Of a DNA stretch of 64,000 nucleotides, positions 10,210 through 20,733 are shown one piece after another. Both the position numbers and the translations under genes were made by a program. The notes under the pieces were generated by a model. That model was not told where the DNA came from. It did not search any database and saw only the letters and a list, made by a program, of their open reading frames with translations. Source of the DNA: Thermoproteota archaeon (GTDB lineage Archaea > Asgardarchaeota > Jordiarchaeia > Jordiarchaeales > Freyrarchaeaceae); contig JAPDJY010000039.1 in the NCBI GenBank assembly GCA_029258835.1, positions 32,001-96,000 of the forward strand, in the 5' to 3' direction. Position 1 is the first letter of the stretch, and each line of letters starts with the position of its first letter.

Positions 10210-11364
10210 TTACCTGTATTCTTCTAATGTTTTTTTAACGGTGTAAGCTATAGTTGACACGTCGTCTTCAGTTAGCGCTGGATGAACTGGCAAAGAGAAA
10301 ACTGTTTTTGATGCAAACTCCGAGTTTGGAAGGGAAAGGGAATTATAGCCGTATTTCCTGTAGAGGGGGGTTCTATGTACTGGTATGGGGTAATAAACTG
10401 TGGCGCCTATTCCCTTCCTTCTCAACGCCGAAACAATTTCATCTCTTTTTTCTATTCTTTCTTTAAGCCTCACTGTGTAAAGGTTCCATGCATGACGGAC
10501 GTTCTCCTTTTCAACAGGTAACACTAGGAGGTCCATGTCCTCCAGCAGAGAAGTTAAATGATTAGCGTTTCTCCGCCTTGCTTCGAGGAAATGGTTAATT
10601 TTCCTCATTTGAGCTACACCTATAGCTGCGCTTATTTCTGGAAGACGCCAATTATGTCCCAGTAGTGAAGGCCCGTAATCACCCTTTTCACCATGATTCC
10701 GTATCATTTTGATTTTCTCAGCTAGCTCCCTGTCGTTGGTTGTGATCATTCCTCCTTCCCCGGTTGTTATCATCTTTGTTGGGTAAAAACTGAAGCAACC
10801 CAGTTGGCCGAAGCATCCAACCTTTGAACCGTTATATTCTGCACCGTGTGCTTGAGCAGCGTCTTCTACAATGTAAATGTTTTCCTCTTCGGCAAGCTCC
10901 GTGAGGGGGGCTAGATCTGCAGGATGACCGTAAAGGTGAACGGGAATTATAATCTTTGTCTTGTCCGTAATTGATTTCTTAACGGCGTTAACATCTAACG
11001 TGTACGTTTCAAGGTTTATATCAACAAATACGGGTTTTGCACCTAGGTGAAGAACAACATTGCAGGTGGCTGAAAAGGTGAATGATGGAAGAATAACTTC
11101 GTCTCCTGCCTTAACATTTAAAGCAAGCAGTGAGGCATGGAGAGCAGCCGTTCCAGAGCTTACCGCTATAGCATACTTTACACCGATAAAATCAGAGAAT
11201 AATTTTTCAAATTCAGAAACCATTTTTCCCTCGCCGGTTCTCACCGTTAACAATCCGGACCGTAGAACACTCAGGATATTTTCCTCCTCTTCTCGCCCTA
11301 TAATGGGACAGTTAATCGGGATCAACTTTGACAAGTTAGCACCTCCAGTCTTCGCCATGGACAA
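10210..11364 (-). CDS. DegT/DnrJ/EryC1/StrS PLP-dependent aminotransferase
   Basis: 'SSGTAALH', 'EDAAQAHGA', 'FSFYPTKMITTGEGG'. Confidence 0.93.
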   Translation of the reverse strand: MSMAKTGGANLSKLIPINCPIIGREEEENILSVLRSGLLTVRTGEGKMVSEFEKLFSDFIGVKYAIAVSSGTAALHASLLALNVKAGDEVILPSFTFSATCNVVLHLGAKPVFVDINLETYTLDVNAVKKSITDKTKIIIPVHLYGHPADLAPLTELAEEENIYIVEDAAQAHGAEYNGSKVGCFGQLGCFSFYPTKMITTGEGGMITTNDRELAEKIKMIRNHGEKGDYGPSLLGHNWRLPEISAAIGVAQMRKINHFLEARRRNANHLTSLLEDMDLLVLPVEKENVRHAWNLYTVRLKERIEKRDEIVSALRRKGIGATVYYPIPVHRTPLYRKYGYNSLSLPNSEFASKTVFSLPVHPALTEDDVSTIAYTVKKTLEEYR

Positions 11365-11417
11365 AGAGAGACATGTTCTTTAAGTGAAGATGTCCATTAA
11401 AGTTTCTTTGGGGGAGC

Positions 11418-12074
11418 ATGTTGGAAGTTGTAAAGAAAATTATTAAGGGTAAACTGAGGTATAGTGCTATCAGTAATCCAGAGGAAAAGAACATAGTGGA
11501 ATGGTTGCTTGAGAGAGGGGCTGTCAGGATAGTTAACGATGAAATAGAAATTACGGACAAGATAGAGTTCGTTGATACTTTCCTAAGTCGCGGGTTCAGC
11601 ATCGAGTTCTTGACGGGACTCTTCAACTGGAGGGAATTTGAGGATTTTTCGGGTGAAATTCTAGGGAGGCATGGCTACACTCTGCTGCGTAACTACAGGT
11701 TTTCTCACGGTAAACATAGGTTTGAAATAGACGTTGTCGGGTTTAAAAGGCCGATGATTATTTGTGTGGATTGCAAACAGTATAGACGGCCAAGAGGGCG
11801 GAGCATAAACATAAAGCAGATAGAAAGGCATTTAAGGCGGGTAAAGGCGTTCGCCGTCCACTTAAAAGGGCAAGCCGTGAAAATCGGCGTGTCTGGCTGG
11901 GGTAAAGCCTTCGTTATCCCCATTGTAGTAACATTACTTCAGGAGGGAATACATCTTAATGTCCCGGTGGTGCCGATATTTAAGCTGAACATGTTTCTCC
12001 TCGAATTAGCCTTAAATACCTCAGACGTTAAGCGCTTCGAGGTGGAAATTCCAAGGTACAGTACGCTAACATGA
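11418..12074 (+). CDS. PD-(D/E)xK restriction-endonuclease-like protein
   Basis: 'WREFE', 'EIDVVG..ICVDCK' nuclease motif. Confidence 0.75.
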   Translation: MLEVVKKIIKGKLRYSAISNPEEKNIVEWLLERGAVRIVNDEIEITDKIEFVDTFLSRGFSIEFLTGLFNWREFEDFSGEILGRHGYTLLRNYRFSHGKHRFEIDVVGFKRPMIICVDCKQYRRPRGRSINIKQIERHLRRVKAFAVHLKGQAVKIGVSGWGKAFVIPIVVTLLQEGIHLNVPVVPIFKLNMFLLELALNTSDVKRFEVEIPRYSTLT

Positions 12075-12088
12075 ATTTCTCCATGTTT

Positions 12089-12616
12089 TTAACTTAGATT
12101 TAACATGTTCAGAACGTGAATGTACGTTTTATACCAGTTTTCACGTGTCAAAAAAATCAGTTCCACGTCTCTTCTACTCTTCAACTCCCATTCTAATGGG
12201 TGATCGACATTCACACCTATCGTTCCTAAAAATGGCTTTTCTGATGATACAGCGTACTTAACAGCATCTATGAAGGGAGCGGCAAGCAGCTCCATCTTTC
12301 CGATCTCGTCAATTATTATCAGGTCAGCTTCCTTGACGGCTCGCCTTATAGCGTTAACACCTAGGCGGGATATGTTCTCCGTGTAAACGACGTACTTTCC
12401 AATCCGTGGAAACCCCTCCCCGGACTTAGCCATGACAGCGCTTTCCCCCGTGAAGACATCGACTATTAAAAATCCTATTCTTACATTTCCTTCCTTGAGT
12501 TCAGGCGTCATTATCCCCCCAACCTTCATTCCTTTACCTAGCGCCTTCTCGACGACACGCTTTACAAGGGTGCTTTTACCCGAGCGGGGGCGACCTGTTA
12601 CCAAGATCTTTCTCAA
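12089..12616 (-). CDS. Nucleoside triphosphatase (THEP1/NTPase_1)
   Basis: 'TGRPRSGKST', 'RIGKYVV', 'IIDEIGKMEL'. Confidence 0.92.
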   Translation of the reverse strand: MRKILVTGRPRSGKSTLVKRVVEKALGKGMKVGGIMTPELKEGNVRIGFLIVDVFTGESAVMAKSGEGFPRIGKYVVYTENISRLGVNAIRRAVKEADLIIIDEIGKMELLAAPFIDAVKYAVSSEKPFLGTIGVNVDHPLEWELKSRRDVELIFLTRENWYKTYIHVLNMLNLS

Positions 12617-12713
12617 ACCAAACCACGCTCCCTCTAAAGGGGCATACGTTTAATAAGCATCATATTATTTTTTTGATTTTAAGGTGTTTACTCAAGCTTG
12701 AAGCGAGGTCTCT

Positions 12714-13367
12714 TTGATGGACAAGATGGAGGATGAATTACACGGCATTGCCCTAAAATTTGTTGCTGAGATGGGAAATGTTAAAGAAGAGTTGAGAAAG
12801 ACGGCGAATTCGTTTTTTAATAGGCTTATAAGGGACATGCTGGGGAGGGAGAGTGATGACCTTAGGAGAGTGGAGCTTAACAAGGTAATTATTAAGGTTC
12901 GAGGATTAGTTGAGGAACTCATTGACCTACTAGCTGATAAGACAATAGTATCCGCGTTAAAGCACATTCAGCTTTTGGTAGGAGAAATTGGGGATGCTAG
13001 AAGGATGGATGAAGTGGCCGAGAAAATTTTCAATGAAGTTAAGGATAGAGCGGAGCATTACAGGTTGAAGCAGAGGGTCGCCGAGCTGGAGAGCACGCTT
13101 AAGAAAACGGAGGAGCTGATGAGAAGTTACGCGATTAAGATTAAGGAAGCTTTAGCTAAAGATGAAAAATACAGGGTTGTAATATTCTTGGAGGAGGAAG
13201 GTGCGAGTGATTATGGGAAAATATCAGAAAGGTTAGGGATTCCTAGGTCTAGGGTTAGAAAGTATGTTAAAGAGCTTGAAGATGCAGGGATGATCCAAGT
13301 TGAAAGGTCGAGGTCACGTCATGTAGCAAAAATTAAAGAGGTTCCTTGGAGTATTAAGGAGGGTTAA
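12714..13367 (+). CDS. Coiled-coil protein with C-terminal winged HTH
   Basis: Helical/coiled-coil N-terminus; 'ISERLGIPRSRVRKYVKELEDAGMI' wHTH. Confidence 0.7.
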   Translation: MMDKMEDELHGIALKFVAEMGNVKEELRKTANSFFNRLIRDMLGRESDDLRRVELNKVIIKVRGLVEELIDLLADKTIVSALKHIQLLVGEIGDARRMDEVAEKIFNEVKDRAEHYRLKQRVAELESTLKKTEELMRSYAIKIKEALAKDEKYRVVIFLEEEGASDYGKISERLGIPRSRVRKYVKELEDAGMIQVERSRSRHVAKIKEVPWSIKEG

Positions 13368-13370
13368 AGA

Positions 13371-13655
13371 GTGCCATGGATTATTGTTGAATACTTCTTT
13401 AGCCCTACATCCAGCGAGTGTAAGGAGTTCATGAGGATGGTTGTTACACCCTTAATGCAGAGATTTAGGAAGGATGTTGAATGGAAGGTATATAATATCT
13501 ATGATGCCAGGGCGAAGAAGCTGGCAGACCAGTACGGGATTAAAGGAGTGCCAGCTCTCGTAATAAATGGAAAGGAAATCGTTGTGGGGTTTAAGCCTCC
13601 TAGAGTTATTGAGGAGAAAATTATGGAGATGCTTAATTTGAGCAAGACACGATAA
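13371..13655 (+). CDS. Thioredoxin-fold protein with SxxC instead of CxxC
   Basis: 'FFSPTSSECKE', cis-Pro motif 'YGIKGVPALVING'. Confidence 0.8.
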   Translation: MPWIIVEYFFSPTSSECKEFMRMVVTPLMQRFRKDVEWKVYNIYDARAKKLADQYGIKGVPALVINGKEIVVGFKPPRVIEEKIMEMLNLSKTR

Positions 13656-13664
13656 ATTTTAGAT

Positions 13665-15575
13665 TTAGAGCTTGCTTATTATGGCGTCCATGGACTCCAC
13701 GCATTTAACTCCGTCCAGTACGGTGGGGGAAGGAGGAATCCTATTTGCAACGCACTGTACAAAGTAGCTTATTTCAGCGCCGTAGGAGTAATGCGTCCGC
13801 TTGACAGCCATCATCACCTTGTCTACCAAGTCCTTCAATAAGGGTTCTACGGCGTATCTTTCCCATCTCCCTCTATTCCAGTTTATTTTTACTGCGTAAG
13901 GTGATCGAAGCACGTCGAACCTTACAGTTCCCCGGCTTCCCTTTATCTCCCAGGAGAAGGAAGGAATTATGCTGTCTGAGAACCAGCTTAAAATTATGTT
14001 CGCATTTGCCCCGCATTGCATAGTTAATTCTACTGACGCATGATCATAGACGCCGTATCGTTCGGATTCAGCTTCGACTCTGCATACTTCTTCGATGTCG
14101 CCTAGGAAGTAATGTAGCATGTCTATGACGTGTGGTCCAAGATCGGAGATAACCCCTGTTTTTTCCGTGAACCTGAAGGGCACTACAGCATTCCATATTC
14201 TTTGATCGCTCTTAAAAACAGCTTTAACCTCACTTACCTTACCTATTTTTCCACGTGAAATTATTTCGTTGACCATTCTAACGCTCGGGGTGAACCTATA
14301 GTTAAATGCGGGCATTACGAAGTATTTACTATCTTTAACCTCTTCAAGGAGCTCATATGCATCCTTCGTGCTCGTAGCTAAAGGCTTCTCACAAAGCACA
14401 TACTTACCATGGTTAATTGCTTCTGTGACCATTAGCTTATGAAGATGTGGGGGAGTGCATATTGAAACTGCATCTAAATGATCGTTTTCTAAGAGCTGCT
14501 TATAATCCCTATATGCCCGCTTAACCCTAAATTTCTCTTTCACATAAGATAACCGTTCCTCGTTTACGTCCGCCACACCGATTATTTCAACGTTTCCGAG
14601 GCTAGCATACCCTGGGAGATGCAAGTATTCTGCTATTTTCCCGCAGCCAATGACGCCCACACGGATCCTTTTTGCTAAGGGATGGAAGCTCTCACCGCCA
14701 AGAAAAAGAAGCCTAAAGGTCATAGTTCCGTCTGTAACTATTCCAGTTACTGACCGAGGTGACCTAAACTTCCTAGTAACGCTTCTAAGGGGCTCTCCTA
14801 TAACCTCTATTTTGTCTATGTCTATTTCACCGATGCCAAAGCTGTGGGTTTTAGTTATTATTTTTATCCGTTTGGGGTTGAACCCCATTATGTGTGCAGA
14901 GACCGAGTCGACAGTCACCGGGTCGTAACCGCAGATGATTAAGTTCATAGGAACCGGAGTTCCTACTATCGGTCCTCTTCCCTCCATAGCTGTTATTCCA
15001 TCTACAACTATGAGGTCTTGCCTACATGCGACATTTATTAGAGGAATTATTTCTTCTAAAATTGGGTGGTAAAAAATGGCTTTATTTTTCTCGGGTAAAA
15101 TGCCAAACATGTTTTTCAGCGCAACTGTTATGGTTGTAATTTCGTGCGTTTTTAGTTTAGGAACATTTACGAAGTAGGATGCTTCTAGAACCGTTCTTGG
15201 GATGCGTAGAACACGGCCCATCACTGGGACACGGAGTACTTCATCTCTGCTCAAATTAACGAAGTCCGCATCGTTCTTTCGTACAACTTCCATTAACCCG
15301 CTTTGCTCCATCCTTATTTCGGCGTGATTTGAAGTGCTATCACTCTCAACAACGGTAACCTTACTAGTATACTCTTTTAAGATCTTTAAGACGGCGTTTA
15401 GAACACGTGGATCCGTGTTTATTGCACCATAAGGGTCGTTATGGAACGCTGCATTCGGCTTTACGATCACTTCATCTCCTCTGTCAACGTCTATGCCTCC
15501 GAGGGACTCTATGGAGGAACGAACAGCCCTTAATACGTCACCGTTTCTAACCCTGAAAACGCTAACTTTAGGCAA
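13665..15575 (-). CDS. DUF362 Fe-S-type domain fused to Gfo/Idh/MocA oxidoreductase
   Basis: N-half 'VKPN', 'PKLKTH', 'LKNMFG', 'MEGRGP'; C-half 'GVIGCG', 'CEKPLA', 'DLGPHVID'. Confidence 0.85.
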   Translation of the reverse strand: MPKVSVFRVRNGDVLRAVRSSIESLGGIDVDRGDEVIVKPNAAFHNDPYGAINTDPRVLNAVLKILKEYTSKVTVVESDSTSNHAEIRMEQSGLMEVVRKNDADFVNLSRDEVLRVPVMGRVLRIPRTVLEASYFVNVPKLKTHEITTITVALKNMFGILPEKNKAIFYHPILEEIIPLINVACRQDLIVVDGITAMEGRGPIVGTPVPMNLIICGYDPVTVDSVSAHIMGFNPKRIKIITKTHSFGIGEIDIDKIEVIGEPLRSVTRKFRSPRSVTGIVTDGTMTFRLLFLGGESFHPLAKRIRVGVIGCGKIAEYLHLPGYASLGNVEIIGVADVNEERLSYVKEKFRVKRAYRDYKQLLENDHLDAVSICTPPHLHKLMVTEAINHGKYVLCEKPLATSTKDAYELLEEVKDSKYFVMPAFNYRFTPSVRMVNEIISRGKIGKVSEVKAVFKSDQRIWNAVVPFRFTEKTGVISDLGPHVIDMLHYFLGDIEEVCRVEAESERYGVYDHASVELTMQCGANANIILSWFSDSIIPSFSWEIKGSRGTVRFDVLRSPYAVKINWNRGRWERYAVEPLLKDLVDKVMMAVKRTHYSYGAEISYFVQCVANRIPPSPTVLDGVKCVESMDAIISKL

Positions 15576-15624
15576 ATATCCCCCCCCAGCGGCGAGGGAA
15601 TTTTAAGGGAACTTAATGGGTATG

Positions 15625-16785
15625 CTACTTTTGAATTTTTTCCCACGTAATATCGCTTCTTCTAACTTTTAAAAACAGGATGTTCTGGTAGAGGATCAGG
15701 AAGGAAAGAGGTATGAAGAGAGGCCAGAGTTTAAGCTTCCCCATTCGGACGCAAAAAAGCAGGCTTGCAAAGAGAGATAAAAGGATTGAAACCGAAACTA
15801 TGATAGTGAGAACATGTAAGTTTGGGTTAAAGAGGGCGAGAGGAAGAAGAAAGAGCAGTAAAATCATAAAAAAAGCCGTTTGAGAGGGTGCAATATAACG
15901 CGCTGAGAAGGCTAACAAGTTTAAAGCATACGGTTCAGGTAGAAGGCGCCCCCCTTCCTTCCTGATTTTCTCCGTTGCCTGGGCAGAGCCTCTACTCCAC
16001 CGCTTTCTTTGCTTTATGAACTCCTTTAAGGAGACCGGTTCTAAAACTTTGACTTTAGCGTTCTCGACATACTTTATTTTTTTCCCGTCAGAATATATTT
16101 TATACCAGAGCACATGATCTTCTGCTAAGGCGTCTGGGTCCCATCCGCCTATTTTCTCGAGGTAGCTACGCTTGACAGCGTAGTTGTAACCTATAAGTAC
16201 CGGAACTGCAACCAACTGCCCACCTTGCCATAAAGCGTATTCAAGATCAATAAGCTTGTTGAGCGTGTTCCTATGTTCCACTTCATATCCACCTTGCGCC
16301 GCCACGGTTTCCTCTTCTTTAAGCGCGTTTACCAAAGTCTTTAGGGAGGAGGGTTGAGGAAGGGAATCAGCGTCATAGACGACTATGATTTCGCCTTTAG
16401 AACGGGCTAAGCCGTCATTGAGGGCAGATGGTTTCCCAAATCTCCCATGCCGCCTTAGAACTTGGACATTTCCTTTATGAGATTTAAAGGCATTTATTAC
16501 CTCTGATGTACTATCTGAGGAATCGTCAATAAAAATTATTTCAAGTTTGTCTTCAGGATAATCAATCGTTTTCAGGCCGGTAATTATCCTTTTAACATTC
16601 TCGCCTTCATTAAAGGTTGGAATTAGAATAGTTACAAAGGGGAGGTCCCCACTAAACAGAGGGGAGTCACTACGTTTAATTAAGGAAAAAAGAGCTGTTA
16701 TGAGGTAGGTTGATGGTATTAAAAGGCAGATCGCCCCAACCAGCAAGTACCCTAAGACAAGGATAATGTCCATTACGCCGTTCAT
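15625..16785 (-). CDS. Membrane-bound processive GT2 glycosyltransferase
   Basis: 'IPTFNE', 'DDSSD', 'GKPSALN', 'DAD', 'AED', QxxRW ('QRKRW'), TM helices. Confidence 0.9.
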   Translation of the reverse strand: MNGVMDIILVLGYLLVGAICLLIPSTYLITALFSLIKRSDSPLFSGDLPFVTILIPTFNEGENVKRIITGLKTIDYPEDKLEIIFIDDSSDSTSEVINAFKSHKGNVQVLRRHGRFGKPSALNDGLARSKGEIIVVYDADSLPQPSSLKTLVNALKEEETVAAQGGYEVEHRNTLNKLIDLEYALWQGGQLVAVPVLIGYNYAVKRSYLEKIGGWDPDALAEDHVLWYKIYSDGKKIKYVENAKVKVLEPVSLKEFIKQRKRWSRGSAQATEKIRKEGGRLLPEPYALNLLAFSARYIAPSQTAFFMILLLFLLPLALFNPNLHVLTIIVSVSILLSLFASLLFCVRMGKLKLWPLFIPLSFLILYQNILFLKVRRSDITWEKIQK

Positions 16786-16791
16786 TTCCAG

Positions 16792-17751
16792 TTAATTCCT
16801 CCTCTGAAAAGTTTCCCATAATGACATAAGATGATTTAGTGTTTCTAAGGGGTCCTTACTTGTTAGAGACGGAATAAGGTATCCTAAAGCATAGAAAAGA
16901 TGGCAGAGTAAGTTGATTCTTCGATAAAAAATGTAGCCTAATGCTGAGCCTATAAGGATCCCCACGTTAACCGCGATCTTGCTAAGGTTACGGCCGAAAA
17001 GAAAGTAGTCACCCATGCTTATTCTATATGCCCTCTCAAACAGGTTTTTGGGGTCGAGCCTTTGACACCAAAGCTTATGGAAGACTTCTGCCCTCGGCTC
17101 GTAGACAACCCTAAAACCAGCCCGTCTAAGCCGTTCACTAATGCTAATTTCTTCGCCGAAGAGCTTTACGTTTTTTGGACCTAATGCTTCTCGGAAGCCT
17201 CCAACTCTTAATGCTATGTCCCGTCTTAAAGCCATGTTGCCGCCGATTGGAAAGAACAGGTCTCTGGGTTTTTCTCCCCAGTCCGTTAAACCCATTATGC
17301 CATAAACGTCTCTCCTGAACCATGATGGTTTCTTTCCCAATAATAGGGGGGATATTTTCCCTCCCACGCAGGCTATAGTTTCCGATTTAAAAGGAGAAAT
17401 TATATTTTTAAGCCAGTCATTTTTAGCTAGGCAATCATCATCTATGAAGGCTACAAAGTTGCCACGGGCAACTCTTAACCCGTAATTTCTTGCTTCAGCT
17501 ATGCTGATCCTCTGGGAAGGAGTGATCAACCTGAAATTCTCATAATCATTAAACATTTCACTTAAAATTTCCCCTGTTCCATCCTGAGAAAGATTATCGA
17601 TAACTAGCACTTCATAGTTTCTGAAGTTTTGGTTAAAAATGCTTTTTAAACATTCAATAACATGGTTAACTCGGTTATACGTTAAAATAACCACGGATGC
17701 AAGTGGATGCTTAACTTTAACCATCCTCCAAGGTCCTCCATCTCCAGACAT
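16792..17751 (-). CDS. GT2 glycosyltransferase
   Basis: 'ILTYNR', 'IDNLSQDGT', 'ARNYG', 'FIDDDC', 'GGNMA'. Confidence 0.9.
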   Translation of the reverse strand: MSGDGGPWRMVKVKHPLASVVILTYNRVNHVIECLKSIFNQNFRNYEVLVIDNLSQDGTGEILSEMFNDYENFRLITPSQRISIAEARNYGLRVARGNFVAFIDDDCLAKNDWLKNIISPFKSETIACVGGKISPLLLGKKPSWFRRDVYGIMGLTDWGEKPRDLFFPIGGNMALRRDIALRVGGFREALGPKNVKLFGEEISISERLRRAGFRVVYEPRAEVFHKLWCQRLDPKNLFERAYRISMGDYFLFGRNLSKIAVNVGILIGSALGYIFYRRINLLCHLFYALGYLIPSLTSKDPLETLNHLMSLWETFQRRN

Positions 17752-17799
17752 TAATAAAAATTAATTATTAATTTTTTTCTTTGTTATTTTACTTTTAGG

Positions 17800-19389
17800 G
17801 ACGAGGAAGCAAGCTTCTTTAGTTTGGGAAACTAAGTGATTTCTTGCTTCGAAAAAATTTTTCTACAGAGGGAAGTTTAAAGCTGATATGGGATGGTGTG
17901 AACCAAGAGGGAAAGCGGAACTTGTCAAGGAAAGAATCTTTAAGAGGCGGTTTAGGAAGAGAAACATGCACCGTGTGAGTTTTCAAGAGAAGATTGAAAG
18001 TCATGGTGGAGCTGCTTATTCCTGCACTCACGAAGATGGAAGTATTCTTAGAGTAGCTGAGTACGGACGTCACTGGCGAAAAAGCATTTATTAAAACCCA
18101 ATTGTACAAAACAAATACCACCCGACCTTTTCGATATAAATAAGTCGGCTAAAAAGAATAATGGAAAGAAATGGAGTAAGGGTTAAGAGCCGAATAAACA
18201 GCTCATTGAAGCTTGTCCAGCTACACTTAAGCTGTAGTAGACGTGTTGTGGATTATAAGACGAAGGAAATTCATATAGGGGAAAGCGTGATATGAAGTGG
18301 GAGTACTAACAGGATGCTCTACAAGTTAGGATATAGTCAAACTTTTCTAGCGAGAAATACCGAAAAATCTCTTCATCAACTTCTCCGATGATGAATACGG
18401 TGATGGAGGGTTCACCCCGAACGTTGGGAGGCTTTCTTATGAGGTAAACGAAAAGTTTTCAGACGTGAAAGCCCCAATGTTTTTCTTCAAGAAGAAAAAC
18501 ATTAACATTTCATTAAATCATAGTAATGCACTTACACCTTATGCTCTTAAGAACTTCAATGTTTTCGACTTTAAACCCGAAAATTTAGGCATTAGAATTT
18601 CATGGTGTTTCAACTAAAGACTCCCAGAAGCGCCATCCAAATAAAACTTCTTGGAATTAGGTAGGTGAAATTTTTGGCTGAAGATTAGTCCTCATAATTT
18701 ATAGGGTTGACGAATAACTTTATAAGATCCCAATAGAGAGGAAGAAAAACCCATCGCATTATGAAGTTCATGACCGAGGGTTTGATCCGCATAGATCCAC
18801 TTCAGCAAAGTGGACTCCATTCATTCCTGATAAGCTTGTGCGCAGCATCCTTATCACGTATATTGGTTCTTGCGTCTTGGATGCTTAGAAGGCTTAGCCA
18901 TAAAGGAGTAAAGGTCGTGCATGTTATAGTGGGAGCGCTGGTGGGATGAGGAGCTATTAGTGCGTAGGAAGCTTAGAAGGATAAACCTTGCTTTGGCAAG
19001 TGAGAACCAAGTTGCTTTAGAGAAGTATAGGAGAAGAGTACTGGCTTTTCAGAGAAGGGTATGGAATTTTTGCCGATTGACATTAAGGAGGAGAGAAGCA
19101 GCCTTTAATCTCCTTATAAATGGCAGGAGCCTTGAGCTTAGCACAGATAAATTGTCTTCGATTAGAACAGTGATTCACGCACCTAAGATGGGATGAGAAT
19201 GTAAAAATTTCTCCCCAGCTTATGAAGAGGACACTATTTCAAGTACCTCTACTTTTCAGGATGCAATGGTGCTTATGGGCCAGTAACAACATTTAGAGAG
19301 AGCCATCTCTGAACGAGGACGCACCCCTTAAAAGAGCACGCATTGGACGTGGTGAACATCATTAAGGTTAGGTTGAAGGCTGGGGGCTG
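17800..19389. other. Decayed, largely non-coding region with short ORF fragments and inverted repeats
   Basis: About 1.6 kb with no convincing ORF in an otherwise gene-dense window; hairpins at 17806-17850 and 18420-18503. Confidence 0.5.
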
Positions 19390-20721
19390 TTAAAGAGGAG
19401 TGAGCTTGGCTATAAAGAAGCCGTTTGTTCCGTGCCTGTGAGGGAAGAAACGCCTAATTTTAGATGAGCAGACAAAACCAGGATAACCTTTATCTCCCGG
19501 TATTTCAGGATCTACGAGTTCGGCCTTATCTAAGACGCCGTCAACAACTGCTTCCCCCTCCTCTGGAAAAACGGAGCAGACAGAATAAACAACCACCCCG
19601 TCGTCTTTAACTATTTTGAGAGCGTTCTCAAGCAAGGCCTTCTGAATTGAAACGTAACTTTCAATCTGCTTTTCATTAATTTTCCACTTAGCCTCGGGCG
19701 TGGACGATAAGGTGCCACTTGACGTGCAAGGGGCATCAACAAGTACGCGGTCATAATACTCGCCTGAGAGACTCCTAGAGTCAGCTACTAGAACACGCAC
19801 GTTTTTAACACCGGAAAGTTCTAGTATCCGTTTCATGCGTGAAACACGTTCTGGCGAAATGTCCACGGCGGTAAGTTCACCATCGCCCTTCATCTTCTGG
19901 GCTATAAGAGCGGTTTTCATACCGGGTGCCGCACACGCATCAAGGATTCTTTCTCCTGGACGAGGGGAGAGGGCGTAAACGGCAGCCACACTAGCCTTAT
20001 CTTGAATGATTATTCTCCTATCTTCGAAGTATGGCGTTAAGGGAAGAGGGAATTCTGCGTCGACGACCTTAAAAACGTCGGGGAAGTCCTTATCTTGCTC
20101 AACAAGAATACCTTCTTTCTCAAAGAATGCTAAGGCGTCCTCGACCTGCATTTTAAGTTCATTAATTCTAAACCAGACAGTTTTACTTAAGAGGTTTGCT
20201 TTCATCAACTCTACGGCTTCGTTTTCTCCAAGAAGCGAGATAAATTTCTTGACTAAGAAGGAGGGATGAGAGTATAAGATACTTAACCGCTCCAGTTTGC
20301 CTAAGTTTTTCAAGCCGTCTTCCAGCGAAAAAGACTTAACTTTTTTTATTATAATTCGGGTTTTGGCAGCTTCCTTCCTTCCGAACTTTTTTAGGAGCAA
20401 ACCATAAACCTTCCGTTCTACGTCAACTTTGCTCTGATTAAATTTAAGTTCTAAAGTTGCTATTCTTAGCAGGTTTCTGACGAAAGGATTAAGGTTCTTG
20501 AAAGCCAGCTTTCCTCCAACTGCTTTTTGGAGGATGAAATCTATAGTGTTAAGTCTTTTAGTGGTTTCCATGATCAAGCCGAAGGCGCTAGTTCTAGTTT
20601 TCACGTCCATAACATTAAGCTCATCCGTTAGACTGTAAAAAAGAGATCTCAAGGACGGCTTCATCTTATCTGCTTCAAACCTAGATAGAACCTCAGCTGC
20701 TATTTCTCTACTGAAAGTCAA
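19390..20721 (-). CDS. RsmB/NOP2-family RNA m5C methyltransferase with NusB-like N-terminus
   Basis: 'IQDKAS', 'DACAAPGMKT', 'DAPCTSSG', 'YSVCS', 'GFFIA'. Confidence 0.92.
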   Translation of the reverse strand: MTFSREIAAEVLSRFEADKMKPSLRSLFYSLTDELNVMDVKTRTSAFGLIMETTKRLNTIDFILQKAVGGKLAFKNLNPFVRNLLRIATLELKFNQSKVDVERKVYGLLLKKFGRKEAAKTRIIIKKVKSFSLEDGLKNLGKLERLSILYSHPSFLVKKFISLLGENEAVELMKANLLSKTVWFRINELKMQVEDALAFFEKEGILVEQDKDFPDVFKVVDAEFPLPLTPYFEDRRIIIQDKASVAAVYALSPRPGERILDACAAPGMKTALIAQKMKGDGELTAVDISPERVSRMKRILELSGVKNVRVLVADSRSLSGEYYDRVLVDAPCTSSGTLSSTPEAKWKINEKQIESYVSIQKALLENALKIVKDDGVVVYSVCSVFPEEGEAVVDGVLDKAELVDPEIPGDKGYPGFVCSSKIRRFFPHRHGTNGFFIAKLTPL

Positions 20722-20733
20722 TAAAACCCCCTC

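Noticed and set aside
18385-18420. Box C-like ATGATGA suggesting a C/D sRNA
   Set aside because: No properly spaced CTGA D or D' boxes.
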